From assembly GCA_018825365.1 (NCBI GenBank), contig JAHJEV010000003.1, positions 317,387 to 381,386 of the forward strand: a stretch of 64,000 nt of DNA, given 5' to 3'. The DNA is from Patescibacteria group bacterium (lineage in GTDB: Bacteria; Patescibacteriota; WWE3; UBA101185; UBA10185). Below the pieces are notes generated by a model. The model did no database searches, was not told the DNA's origin, and saw nothing but the letters and a program-made list of their open reading frames with translations. The translations under genes were made by a program, and so were the position numbers. This document shows, one piece after another, positions 23,601 to 33,212 of the stretch (the stretch's first letter is position 1; the number at the start of each line of letters is the position of its first letter).

Positions 23601-24197
23601 ATGCCGCAAACAAAGAAAGAAACCACAAAAAAAGAGAAAAAGAAAGTAACAAAGAAGGTAAAAACTCCTATTAAAAAAGTTGTTAAAAAAGAAGTTAAGA
23701 AAAAACAACCCATAAAAGAGGTGGTTGTTGAGGAAGTAAAAGTAGAAACTCCTGTAGTTGAAGAGACAAAAGAGGAAGTAAAGAAAGTAAAACCATTAAA
23801 GAAAAACTTTATCGCTGGAAATGGAAGAAGAAAAACTGCAACAGCAAGAGTGTTTTTATGGGAAGAAAAAGGCGATTTCACGGTTAATGGTCTTAAGATC
23901 GAAAAGTATTTTCCATCCATAATAGATCAATCCAAATGGGTCAGACCGTTTCACATAATAGGTGTCTCTCATCCGGATTCAAAATATTCAGCAAGCATTA
24001 AGGTTTCGGGTTCCGGTAAACCATCTCAGATGGATGCCATTGTTTTGGCTATAGCTAAAGCATTGTGCAAAATAAATCCGGAATTTGATAAAGCCTTAAG
24101 AAAGCAAGGTTTATTAACTAGAGACTCAAGAATGGTTGAAAGAAAGAAACCATACCTTCACAAGGCAAGAAAAAGACCTCAGTACTCAAAAAGATAG
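23601..24197 (+). CDS. rpsI: 30S ribosomal protein S9 with long Lys/Glu-rich N-terminal extension
   Basis: GRRKTATARV, LTRDSRMVERKK, C-terminal QYSKR. Confidence 0.97.
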   Translation: MPQTKKETTKKEKKKVTKKVKTPIKKVVKKEVKKKQPIKEVVVEEVKVETPVVEETKEEVKKVKPLKKNFIAGNGRRKTATARVFLWEEKGDFTVNGLKIEKYFPSIIDQSKWVRPFHIIGVSHPDSKYSASIKVSGSGKPSQMDAIVLAIAKALCKINPEFDKALRKQGLLTRDSRMVERKKPYLHKARKRPQYSKR

Positions 24198-24201
24198 TCT
24201 T

Positions 24202-24483
24202 TCACTTAAGAATTATATTTTCAAAATCTATCAATATGTCTTTGAGTTCCTGTATTTTCTTTCCCAGATCCAATACCCTACTTTGTTTTACACTCATAAA
24301 AGTAGCGTCATAAACTTGAGATATCTCTTCAAGAACCCTCAGGGGAGGAACGCATCTCCCTCTTTCGTAGGCACATATTGTTTTACCGGTTTTTCCAATT
24401 TTCTTACCAAACCTATCTTGAGACAGGTTTTTTTGTTCCCTTATACCCCTAATCCTTTTTCCAATGTCTACTGTATTACTCAT
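24202..24483 (-). CDS. XRE-family helix-turn-helix transcriptional regulator
   Basis: IGKRIRGIRE.KNLSQ..FG..IG.....I.AYERG...P pattern. Confidence 0.9.
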   Translation of the reverse strand: MSNTVDIGKRIRGIREQKNLSQDRFGKKIGKTGKTICAYERGRCVPPLRVLEEISQVYDATFMSVKQSRVLDLGKKIQELKDILIDFENIILK

Positions 24484-24557
24484 ATTCTAAATTAAATAGA
24501 ACAACCTGCATTGCTCTTAACTTGAAACTAACTAATATCATACTCAGCGAATATGAT

Positions 24558-25235
24558 ATGAAGATTAAAGATTTACAAAAAGAAGAAAAACCAAGAGAGA
24601 AGCTGGTAGATAAAGGTCCGGAGGCCCTCACTAATACCGAACTTCTATCAATAATTTTAAGGTCCGGGGGAGTAGATTGCACATCAACTGACTTAGCACG
24701 AAATTTAATAAATAAGTTTTCAGGTTTGGATAAGCTTGTTTACACAGATATTACTCAACTTATGGATATACCAAATATCGGAATTGCCAAGGCTACCGGA
24801 ATACTGGCGTTGGGTGAACTAGCAAAGAGACTGACCATAGAAAATAATATTAAAGGAAGTGTCATTAAAAAACCTCAGGACGTTTTTGATTCAGTAAAAA
24901 AGGAGTTTTCAGGAAAACAGGAAGAGCATCTTTATCTAATCTCCCTAGATAGAAAAAACAAAATTCTTTCAAAGGACTTGATCTCAAAAGGTACTTTAAC
25001 GGAGACTTTAATACACCCAAGAGAAATATTTAAAAAAGCGTTAACGAAAAACGCATCCTCGATAATTCTCGTGCACAATCATCCATCAGAAGAGTCTTGC
25101 CCCAGCCTTGAAGATGTTAAGGTGACAAAAAGAATTGCAAAAACAGGAATCGAAATAGGAATTCCATTAATGGACCATCTTGTAGTTACTAAAACCGAAT
25201 TTACCAGCATGAAAGCACAAAATCTACTTAATTAA
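24558..25235 (+). CDS. radC: RadC (JAB/MPN domain) protein; start placed at ATG 24558
   Basis: EKPREKL..G..ALT..ELL, HPREIF, HNHPS......S.ED, DHLV. Confidence 0.95.
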   Translation: MKIKDLQKEEKPREKLVDKGPEALTNTELLSIILRSGGVDCTSTDLARNLINKFSGLDKLVYTDITQLMDIPNIGIAKATGILALGELAKRLTIENNIKGSVIKKPQDVFDSVKKEFSGKQEEHLYLISLDRKNKILSKDLISKGTLTETLIHPREIFKKALTKNASSIILVHNHPSEESCPSLEDVKVTKRIAKTGIEIGIPLMDHLVVTKTEFTSMKAQNLLN

Positions 25236-25247
25236 AAACGAAGGGAG

Positions 25248-25868
25248 GTGAAAAAAATGATTAAAAAAATACTCAGTAAAATTCTAAGAAACAAAGGGCT
25301 TCTCACATTGTATGGGTCCCTTATTATCTTCTCGGGCGTAGTTGTAGGAGTCACTTACGCAGCTTTTTCCGACAAGTCCAATGTTCTTGGGGCAACCTTT
25401 ACGGTAGGAAGTGCAGACCTAAAGTTTTTGAGTAATCTTGCAAACGAGACCGACCCCACCACCTATGTAGATGAGCTTCCAGGGCCAAATTTCCAAAACG
25501 TAAGTCCTATTTGGCAAGAAAACTACACACTCAAGCTAATAAACCGTGGGACCTCAAAGCTAGCCATAACGACCAACTCTGCTTATGAAACTGCAAAAGA
25601 TCCTAAAGATTTAAGAAGTGACATCCTAGTTGAGATAATAAAATGGAACGATCTTGATAAAGACGGGGAAATAGATTCTGGTGAAGAAACCCTAAGTTTA
25701 GGAAAGAAAACTATAATAAAATGGAAAACGGAGGGGTTTAGCCTAGGAGAATTAGAAGCCGGACAGATAATACCGATAATATTAAGATTCACTGCCCCCA
25801 CCTTAACAGATACACAACAAGGCGCAACCGGAATATTTGATTTTGAGTTTAAGTCGATACAAATGTAA
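25248..25868 (+). CDS. TasA/CalY-like secreted protein with SipW-type signal peptide
   Basis: Basic N-terminus, TM, then GVTYAAFSD......FTVG..DL (SipW-cognate cleavage pattern); N.G motif (INRGT); C-terminal Q...FDFEF..Q; adjacent to sipW. Confidence 0.75.
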   Translation: MKKMIKKILSKILRNKGLLTLYGSLIIFSGVVVGVTYAAFSDKSNVLGATFTVGSADLKFLSNLANETDPTTYVDELPGPNFQNVSPIWQENYTLKLINRGTSKLAITTNSAYETAKDPKDLRSDILVEIIKWNDLDKDGEIDSGEETLSLGKKTIIKWKTEGFSLGELEAGQIIPIILRFTAPTLTDTQQGATGIFDFEFKSIQM

Positions 25869-25876
25869 TAAAGGTC

Positions 25877-25904
25877 AACCTGCCCTCCCTGCCGGGCAGG
25901 TTTT
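25877..25904 (+). terminator. Hairpin/terminator between tasA-like gene and sipW
   Basis: AACCTGCCC-8 nt loop-GGGCAGGTT followed by TT. Confidence 0.6.
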
Positions 25905-25909
25905 GTTAA

Positions 25910-26356
25910 ATGAAATTTATCGTAGCAACATGTCTAATACTGATTTTGATCATTTCTATGTATAAATATAGGGTATTCACCGTAGTTTCGGGGTCAATGG
26001 AACCAATTATTAAAAATGGATCTCTCGTCATCGTTAAAAAAACTTCAACATACAAAACAAACGATTTAGTCACCTTTAAAAATATAGAAGGAACAGGCAC
26101 TGTGACTCATCGGATTGTAAAAATAGAACAATCACAAGGAAAATACCTAATATTCACAAAAGGAGACGGGAACGCAAATGTCGATCAAGTTGCAATAAAA
26201 CCGGAGGATATTATCGGCAAGGTTGTATTCACATTGCCTCTTGCCGGAAAGTTCTTCTTACTTGTTTCTTCACAAAAACTTTTACCTATAACTTTCTACA
26301 TTCCCGCAGGGCTTTTGTTTGGAACTTTACTTGGAAAACATAAACGAGACATTTAA
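25910..26356 (+). CDS. sipW: SipW / archaeal-ER-type signal peptidase I
   Basis: VSGSMEP, VTHRIV (His general base), TKGDGN..VD. Confidence 0.9.
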   Translation: MKFIVATCLILILIISMYKYRVFTVVSGSMEPIIKNGSLVIVKKTSTYKTNDLVTFKNIEGTGTVTHRIVKIEQSQGKYLIFTKGDGNANVDQVAIKPEDIIGKVVFTLPLAGKFFLLVSSQKLLPITFYIPAGLLFGTLLGKHKRDI

Positions 26357-26409
26357 ATAAATAGGCGGTTTTTAAGGATACTAAGGGATTTTTAATATAT
26401 AATCACACC

Positions 26410-27414
26410 ATGGAAGAACAAAAAAATAGATTGGAACAGTTAAAAATAACTTTGCAGATTGACGAAAAAAGGAAACGAATATCTGAAATAAAAGAACAGC
26501 TTAAAGATGAAAAAACCTGGAGCAACTGGGAGGACGGGCAAGAGTTATCTAAAGAACTATCATCGCTCGAAAATGAGGCCGAAGATTACGGAATGCTTGA
26601 GCTTTATCTTGAAACCGGAGAACTTGATGAGTTTGATGAGGAAATAAAAAAACTTGAGTTCAAAACATACCTCTCAGGTAAACATGATAAGAAAAACGCA
26701 CTGGTATCTATTCATGCTGGACAGGGTGGTACCGAAGCAAATGATTGGTCAGAAATGCTTTTCAGAATGTACTTAAGATACGCAGAGAGAAAGGGTTGGA
26801 AATCCGAGGTAATTTCACAAACCCCCGGGGAAGAAGCAGGGATAAAAACAGGTGTAATCGAAATCTCAGGTGAATATGCTTATGGATTTTTGAAAATGGA
26901 GTCCGGAGTTCATAGATTGGTAAGGCTGTCCCCTTATAATGCTGATCAACTAAGACAGACTTCTTTTGCTTTGATAGAGGTAATTCCGGAAATTGAAGAA
27001 AACGACATGAATATTGTAGTTAAAGAAGAAGATGTAGAATGGGAATTTTTCAGATCCGGGGGCAAGGGTGGACAAAACGTAAATAAAGTATCAACCGCGG
27101 TTAGATTAAAACACAAACCTTCTGGAATTATCGTTGAATGCCAAGAAGAAAGATATCAAGGTAAAAACAGAGAGAAAGCCTTGAAAATTTTGAGATCAAA
27201 ATTAGCCCTAATTGAAGAAGCAAAAGCTGACGCTGAAAAGAAAAAACTAAAGGGGGAATACAAAACCCCCGGCTGGGGGAACCAAATAAGAAACTATATT
27301 TTACACCCGTATAAATTAGTCAAAGATTTAAGAACAGATGTGGAAAGTGCAAATCCAGAGGTGGTATTAGACGGAGATTTAGACAAATTTGTTGAAGCTG
27401 AAATCAAACTTTAA
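26410..27414 (+). CDS. prfB: Peptide chain release factor 2 (continuous ORF, no +1 frameshift)
   Basis: [22 protein letters not shown] motif, WGNQIRNY. Confidence 0.96.
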   Translation: MEEQKNRLEQLKITLQIDEKRKRISEIKEQLKDEKTWSNWEDGQELSKELSSLENEAEDYGMLELYLETGELDEFDEEIKKLEFKTYLSGKHDKKNALVSIHAGQGGTEANDWSEMLFRMYLRYAERKGWKSEVISQTPGEEAGIKTGVIEISGEYAYGFLKMESGVHRLVRLSPYNADQLRQTSFALIEVIPEIEENDMNIVVKEEDVEWEFFRSGGKGGQNVNKVSTAVRLKHKPSGIIVECQEERYQGKNREKALKILRSKLALIEEAKADAEKKKLKGEYKTPGWGNQIRNYILHPYKLVKDLRTDVESANPEVVLDGDLDKFVEAEIKL

Positions 27415-27416
27415 AT

Positions 27417-29726
27417 CTAAGATGGATTGTTTTTCTGAGGAAAATTCTCACCAGTAAAATCTTCGGGATCAAAATCCAAATCCGAATCAAAACCATCGCT
27501 CATAGGTTTAGCCTGAAAATCGTTTTGAAGTACTTCCCTTCCCCTACTTCCAGTAACCTCCGCTCCTATCAACCCATTTTCTTCCATCATATCAATGATC
27601 CTAGCTGCTCTGTTATAACCTATCGCAAGTTTTCTCTGAAGAAGCGACGCGGAAGCTTTTCCCGCTGATTTAACAATATCAAGCGCCTTTTCATACAACT
27701 CATCACCCTCCCTGTCTACACCACCCCCACCCTTTTTCATAGAATCAGTTGGTGTGGCTAAAACTTCTTCTCTATAATCAGGTTCTATTCCCTGAGACTT
27801 TAAAAACTCAACTAAATCACTGGTCTCTTTTTCGGATATGTATGCCCCCTGAAGCCTTATTGGCTTCATAACCTCCGGGGGTACGAAAAGCATGTCTCCC
27901 CTACCAAGAAGCTTTTCAGCCCCGGGTTGGTCAATAATAACTCTTGAGTCTATTTGGCTTAGAACTTGGAAGGCTATTCTGCAGGGAATGTTGGCTTTTA
28001 TTAGACCTGTAATAATATCGGTAGATGGTCTTTGAACTGCTAAAACAAGATGGATACCAGTTGCCCTTGCAAGCTGGGCAATTCTAATAATGCTTTTCTC
28101 AATTCCGGCAGGATCCCTTATCATGATATCTCCGAGCTCATCAACAACTAAAACAATGTAAGGCATCACCTGAATACCTGACTTCTCGTTATAAGACTCA
28201 ATATTTTTCACTCTTGCTTGCTCAAACAGCTTGTATCTTTTTTCCATTTCATCAACCAACCATCTAAAAACCGACGGGGCTTTATCCATATCGGTAACTA
28301 CGGGAGTGAGAAGGTGTGGTATTCCTTCGTAGTGTATTAGCTCAACTCTTTTTGGATCTACCAAAATAAACTTCACCTCCTGCGGAGTTGCTCTAAATAA
28401 AATTGAGAACAAAAGATTATGAATAAATATTGATTTACCAGAACCAGTAGTTCCGGCAATCAAAAGGTGTGGCATTTTTCCAATGTCACAAGTCAAAACT
28501 CTTCCGGCCACATCTTCTCCAAGAACCACCCCCAACTTTGATTTGAGATTTTTCATGGCATCTGTGTTTATCAACGATTTGAAATAAACTAGAGTCCGTT
28601 TGGTGTTTGGAACCTCAATTCCAATTAGAGATTTTCCTGGTATTGGGGCCTCGATTCTGACTGAGCCTGTGGGAGAGGCTAAGGCCAAAGCAAGATTCCC
28701 CTGGAGATTTGAAATTTTTGAAATATTCGTAACCGATTTTGGCTTTACCGCGTATTGTGTAACGGAGGAACCGACTTTAACATTCTCCGGATCTATATCA
28801 ACGTCGACACCAAAATCTTTTAGTGTATCCTTAATGATTTTTACTCTTTTCTCGGCTTCAGATGTATCCAACACCCTCACTGGTGGATCAGCAAGCAAGG
28901 AATTTGACGGGTAATCCCAGATTCTATCGGAAGGTATTCTTGATAATTGAATGGGAGACGCTAAAACCAAAGAATCCACAGTATTATTAGAAACACTGTG
29001 CTGAGGTTCGGACATAGATTGAATAACTTCAAAAAGTGGGGCTTGTTCTGGCTCCCCGTCCTTTCTTTCCTTGTCTGTCTTTTCTTCTTCCTCAAAACCA
29101 CCAACAGAACCAACATTCACTTCAACTTCATTTTCAGAAAATCCTTCTCTTTTCCTAAAGTGGAACATAAAACTAACCTTTGAAAAGAAATTTGAAATTT
29201 TTTCATTCTCTTTAAAAAACTTTATAACACTCTCAAATGAAATGTTTGAAATTAAAATTACCGCGGTAAGAAATATACAAATCAAAACAAACACCCCGCC
29301 GGTCTTACTTAAGCCCCCAACCAGAAGGCTAGATACTTTATAACCCAAAAGTCCCCCTCCCCCACCGGATTTTGCTAAAGATAGCCCTTCATTTAATGGT
29401 ATAAAAACATGAGAAAGTCCCGAAAGGGCAATCGTGCAAAGAAAAATACCCAAAAGTATTCTAAATTCCTTGATTTTCGGGCTTAGTTTATCAGCAAAAA
29501 TTATTCCAAAATCACCTAATAGGAAAGGAATAAAAAGTGCGGCCTTACCAAAAACAAGCTTCAGGAATCCTTGGATTCTAGCGTTTGCTGGGTAAGAGGG
29601 AGCAAAAAATGAAACCAGACCTATTATTGCAGCTGTAATAAAAACGATGGAAATAATTGACCTTGTTATATCTGGTCTGAGGTTACATCGAATCTTAAAT
29701 TTTCTACGTCTTCCTCTTCTGGACAT
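27417..29726 (-). CDS. ftsK: DNA translocase FtsK/SpoIIIE
   Basis: N-terminal TMs, PHLLIAGTTGSGKS, DPKRVE, gamma domain LQRKL.IGYNRAAR. Confidence 0.97.
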   Translation of the reverse strand: MSRRGRRRKFKIRCNLRPDITRSIISIVFITAAIIGLVSFFAPSYPANARIQGFLKLVFGKAALFIPFLLGDFGIIFADKLSPKIKEFRILLGIFLCTIALSGLSHVFIPLNEGLSLAKSGGGGGLLGYKVSSLLVGGLSKTGGVFVLICIFLTAVILISNISFESVIKFFKENEKISNFFSKVSFMFHFRKREGFSENEVEVNVGSVGGFEEEEKTDKERKDGEPEQAPLFEVIQSMSEPQHSVSNNTVDSLVLASPIQLSRIPSDRIWDYPSNSLLADPPVRVLDTSEAEKRVKIIKDTLKDFGVDVDIDPENVKVGSSVTQYAVKPKSVTNISKISNLQGNLALALASPTGSVRIEAPIPGKSLIGIEVPNTKRTLVYFKSLINTDAMKNLKSKLGVVLGEDVAGRVLTCDIGKMPHLLIAGTTGSGKSIFIHNLLFSILFRATPQEVKFILVDPKRVELIHYEGIPHLLTPVVTDMDKAPSVFRWLVDEMEKRYKLFEQARVKNIESYNEKSGIQVMPYIVLVVDELGDIMIRDPAGIEKSIIRIAQLARATGIHLVLAVQRPSTDIITGLIKANIPCRIAFQVLSQIDSRVIIDQPGAEKLLGRGDMLFVPPEVMKPIRLQGAYISEKETSDLVEFLKSQGIEPDYREEVLATPTDSMKKGGGGVDREGDELYEKALDIVKSAGKASASLLQRKLAIGYNRAARIIDMMEENGLIGAEVTGSRGREVLQNDFQAKPMSDGFDSDLDFDPEDFTGENFPQKNNPS

Positions 29727-29776
29727 TAAGACTATAATATCACGAAAATATTAGGGTTTCAAAGGGAAAGAACAAC

Positions 29777-31501
29777 CTATATTGTAATAAAATGAACGAT
29801 AATCATCGGTTGCATCGATGTTTCTTTCCTCAGATAGTTTCCTATTTCGTTTTCCAGCTTCTTTTTTATGTTGGTGATATTCTGTTTACCAGAATTGAGC
29901 TTGCCCAATCTTTTTCCAATAAACTTTTTCGATTTGTTCATTAAATCCTGGGAATCCTTAACATATATGAATCCGCGGGTTATAATTTCAACCCTATCTA
30001 GCATGGGCTGATTCTTTCTCGATACAGGAATTGCAACCACAAAAACCCCCTCTGAGCAAAGCTGATTTCTATCTCTCACGACCACCGGATTTAGTTCCTC
30101 CAACTTATTACTACCCATATAAATCGGTTTTGTCTGAACATGGTCTCCCTTAGTGGCTTTATTAAATAAAAAATTGACCGAATCTCCCTCCAAACACTCA
30201 AAGACTCTATCTTTTGCAATCCCAATGAAATTTAAGACATTGGTGTAGGCTCTCATTTTCGTAATACTTCCTCCAATCGGGATAAAATACTTGGCGTTAA
30301 CCATTTTAGTTAGCTTTTCGATATCTCCCTTAACGGCATGTCCCGATACATGTAAGTTCTCTTGGATTTCTCCATAGATAACGTTAGCTCCTTTCAGAGT
30401 AAGTGCGTCCATAACCTTTTCTACCATTATGTCTGCCCCGGGAGGGTTTGGATCTCCCGAAAAAATCACGATAGCATCTTTTTCTAACGTAATACTCTCG
30501 TGCTCCCCCCTACTTAACCTGCTAAGAGAGGATCCCGACTGTCCGTAACAACCGGCTATCAAATATACAAGTTCGCCCTGATCGTATTTTTGGCATTCCT
30601 GTTCTTTAATAAAGAAATCGTCGGGGAAGGGAAGATACCCCAACCTTCTTGCTACATCAACCATCTGCTCTACAGACCTACCACTTGCTACCAACTTTCT
30701 TCCAAGTTTCTGGGCCGCATTCATAATCTGGTACATTCTGGAAATATTTGATGACATTGTCGTGACAAAAATTTGCTTTTTTCCCGCTCTGTCAAAAAGT
30801 TTAATAAATGTATCGTTTAGGGTACTTTCTGATTTTGTATGACCCTCGGATGTGATACCGAGACAATCAGACAAAAGGCACAAAACCCCTTCCTTTCCAT
30901 ATCTTTCTATCGAAGAAACATCGGCGGGTTTATCTAAAACCGGCGTCGCATCAAATTTGTAATCTGAAATATGAAGTATCAATCCTTCTGGAGATCTTAT
31001 GGCAAAACCCATTGTTTCGGGTATTGAATGGTTCATTCTAAAAGCAGAAACTTTAAATTTTCCAAGATCCACAGTCCCAGTTGTCGGGTCCATTAGATGA
31101 TAATGAAAATTCTTACCTAACTCTTTTAACGCACCATCATTAAGTTTTACTTTCAAAAACTCACCAACAAGCTTACTTGCATATACTTGGATATCGGGAA
31201 GCTCAAGAAGAAGATTTGGCACAGCTCCAACATGATCTTCATGTCCGTGAGTTATAAAAAGTCCCTTTATTTTATGTCTATTCTCAATAAGATAAGTGAA
31301 ATCCGGGATCAAAACATCAACACCGGGCATATCAAAAATATCTGGAAACCCTATACCACAATCCACAATTATAATATCCTCGCCATACTCATAAACAGTA
31401 AGGTTTTTGGTAACTTTTTCAGTTCCGCCAAGAGTAATTATTCTCAAGGCAGTTCTTTCTGCATACGCTTTCTGTGGTTTTTTAGTGTTGTAAAACTGCA
31501 C
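29777..31501 (-). CDS. rnj: Ribonuclease J
   Basis: THGHEDH metallo-beta-lactamase motif, HSIP, HVSGH. Confidence 0.93.
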   Translation of the reverse strand: MQFYNTKKPQKAYAERTALRIITLGGTEKVTKNLTVYEYGEDIIIVDCGIGFPDIFDMPGVDVLIPDFTYLIENRHKIKGLFITHGHEDHVGAVPNLLLELPDIQVYASKLVGEFLKVKLNDGALKELGKNFHYHLMDPTTGTVDLGKFKVSAFRMNHSIPETMGFAIRSPEGLILHISDYKFDATPVLDKPADVSSIERYGKEGVLCLLSDCLGITSEGHTKSESTLNDTFIKLFDRAGKKQIFVTTMSSNISRMYQIMNAAQKLGRKLVASGRSVEQMVDVARRLGYLPFPDDFFIKEQECQKYDQGELVYLIAGCYGQSGSSLSRLSRGEHESITLEKDAIVIFSGDPNPPGADIMVEKVMDALTLKGANVIYGEIQENLHVSGHAVKGDIEKLTKMVNAKYFIPIGGSITKMRAYTNVLNFIGIAKDRVFECLEGDSVNFLFNKATKGDHVQTKPIYMGSNKLEELNPVVVRDRNQLCSEGVFVVAIPVSRKNQPMLDRVEIITRGFIYVKDSQDLMNKSKKFIGKRLGKLNSGKQNITNIKKKLENEIGNYLRKETSMQPMIIVHFITI

Positions 31502-31511
31502 GGATTAAATT

Positions 31512-32147
31512 CTACAGACCCAAGTTCAGTTGTCCATCGAAATCCTGACCTGAGATCTGCGGTAGCTTTACTCCCAACTCCAATATTTCTTCTGCTTTCT
31601 TCAGAACTTCTGGAATTCTTTTGAAGTCGACTCTCAAGTCATTCATCATCGAGTTTCCCCTCAACGCTGCGGCAGGATGGTAAACCGGATAAATTAAGAA
31701 GTCCGCCGCCCTTATTAAGTTCCCCCTATCTCTGGAAATTTTTCCGTCCCGATAAAAATAGTTCATAGCAAATCTTCCCAGTGTGACAACTAAAACGGGA
31801 TGTATGGTTTTTAATTGGAGTTCCAAAAAAGGCTTGCACGTCGCAATTTCATCAGGCAACGGATCTCTATTTTCCGGAGGCCTGTGTTTGACAATATTTC
31901 CGATCCAGACATCTTCTCTTTTGTATCCTATCTCTTTAAGAAAGGTTTCCAAAAGTTTCCCCGCCCGTCCAACAAATGGTCTTCCAGTAACATCTTCGTT
32001 AAAACCAGGAGCCTCACCAATAAAAACCATTTTTGAATTAATATTACCCTCGCCCGGAACAGCATTAGTCGCCGACCGGCAAAGTCTACACTTCTTACAA
32101 TCCTTGATATTCTTAGTGATTTCTTCGAGTAATTTCTCTTTTTCCAT
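31512..32147 (-). CDS. Family-4 uracil-DNA glycosylase
   Basis: C..C.LC, GEAPG, PFVG.AG, RPP.NR.P, YHPAA. Confidence 0.95.
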   Translation of the reverse strand: MEKEKLLEEITKNIKDCKKCRLCRSATNAVPGEGNINSKMVFIGEAPGFNEDVTGRPFVGRAGKLLETFLKEIGYKREDVWIGNIVKHRPPENRDPLPDEIATCKPFLELQLKTIHPVLVVTLGRFAMNYFYRDGKISRDRGNLIRAADFLIYPVYHPAAALRGNSMMNDLRVDFKRIPEVLKKAEEILELGVKLPQISGQDFDGQLNLGL

Positions 32148-32150
32148 AAG

Positions 32151-33212
32151 TTACTGGGGCAGGTAGTATTTTAAATTATCTGCGTTGATAGTTACTTTTT
32201 CAGACTTTCCTTCAACAATCTCCTTTGCAACTTTCCTACAAATTGCCTCCAGTGTTCTTCCAAGGCTTCTGATTCCTGAATCATACCCAAAAGGTCTTAC
32301 TATACCCGACCATAAATCCGGATCTATTTCAAGTTCTTCCGGTTTTAAGCCAGCGTTTTCCCGAATCTTAGGAAAAAGGTAGTCTCTTGAAATAACAAGT
32401 TTCTCAACATCGCTGTATGAAGGCATTTTTATTACCTCCATCCTATCCATAAGCGCGGTCGATAAAGTTCCGGTATTGTTTGCTGAACAGATGAACATTA
32501 CATCTGAAAGATTTATAGGGTAATCAACATAGTGATCTCTAAATGCTACGTTTTGTTTGGGGTCCAAAAGCTCAAGAAGTACTGCCATAATATCCATTCT
32601 CAATCCCTGCTCCCCGCTTGCTTTATCTACCTCATCCAAAAGGATAACCGGATTTTTAACCCCCGTTTTTATCAGCGCCTTAATAATCTGTCCGGGTTCT
32701 GCTTCCGGAAATGCTTTGCTTTTCCCCCTTAATTCCAGAGTAGAGCCAATTCCACCCATAGAAATTCTTTCAAACTTCCTGCCTAAAGTATCGGCAATAG
32801 AATAAGCCAACGTAGTTTTACCAACACCCTGCAGACCTACAAGAAGAATGACCGGAGATCTGGCTATGGCATCCTTGCCTCTTTTTTTAAGTAAAATTAC
32901 TGTGGAAAGGTATTCCAAAATCCTATCCTTCGCATATTGCATCCCGTAGTGGTTTTTCTCCAAGGACTCCTTTGCATATACCAAATCCAACCTATCTTTA
33001 GTCTCAGCAACCCAAGGAATTGAGGTAACAACCTCTATGTATCTGGCAAGGGTATCGAACTCAGTTGCGTAGTGACCAATATTGGCCATTCTGTTGAGCC
33101 TTTCGATCATCTCAACCAGTCTTTCTTTAAGATCCTCGGGAAGACCTTTAGTAGACTCCACTTTTTTATCAAGTGTCTTTAATTCTTCAAATAAATAATC
33201 TTTTGTCGCCAT
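32151..33212 (-). CDS. Lon-like AAA+ ATPase lacking N-domain and protease domain
   Basis: HYG...KDRILEYL, Walker A GLQGVGKT, NPVILLDEVDK, LLELLDP.QN..F.DHY, DRME; ends after the alpha domain. Confidence 0.85.
   Translation of the reverse strand: MATKDYLFEELKTLDKKVESTKGLPEDLKERLVEMIERLNRMANIGHYATEFDTLARYIEVVTSIPWVAETKDRLDLVYAKESLEKNHYGMQYAKDRILEYLSTVILLKKRGKDAIARSPVILLVGLQGVGKTTLAYSIADTLGRKFERISMGGIGSTLELRGKSKAFPEAEPGQIIKALIKTGVKNPVILLDEVDKASGEQGLRMDIMAVLLELLDPKQNVAFRDHYVDYPINLSDVMFICSANNTGTLSTALMDRMEVIKMPSYSDVEKLVISRDYLFPKIRENAGLKPEELEIDPDLWSGIVRPFGYDSGIRSLGRTLEAICRKVAKEIVEGKSEKVTINADNLKYYLPQ

Noticed and set aside
24136-24495. 119-aa plus-strand ORF and the many other short ORFs antisense to core genes
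   Set aside because: They are shadows of well-supported opposite-strand genes, with no motifs or start signals
26410-26480. Programmed +1 frameshift in prfB
   Set aside because: The ORF is continuous (TTG CAG ATT GAC); there is no CTT-TGA site
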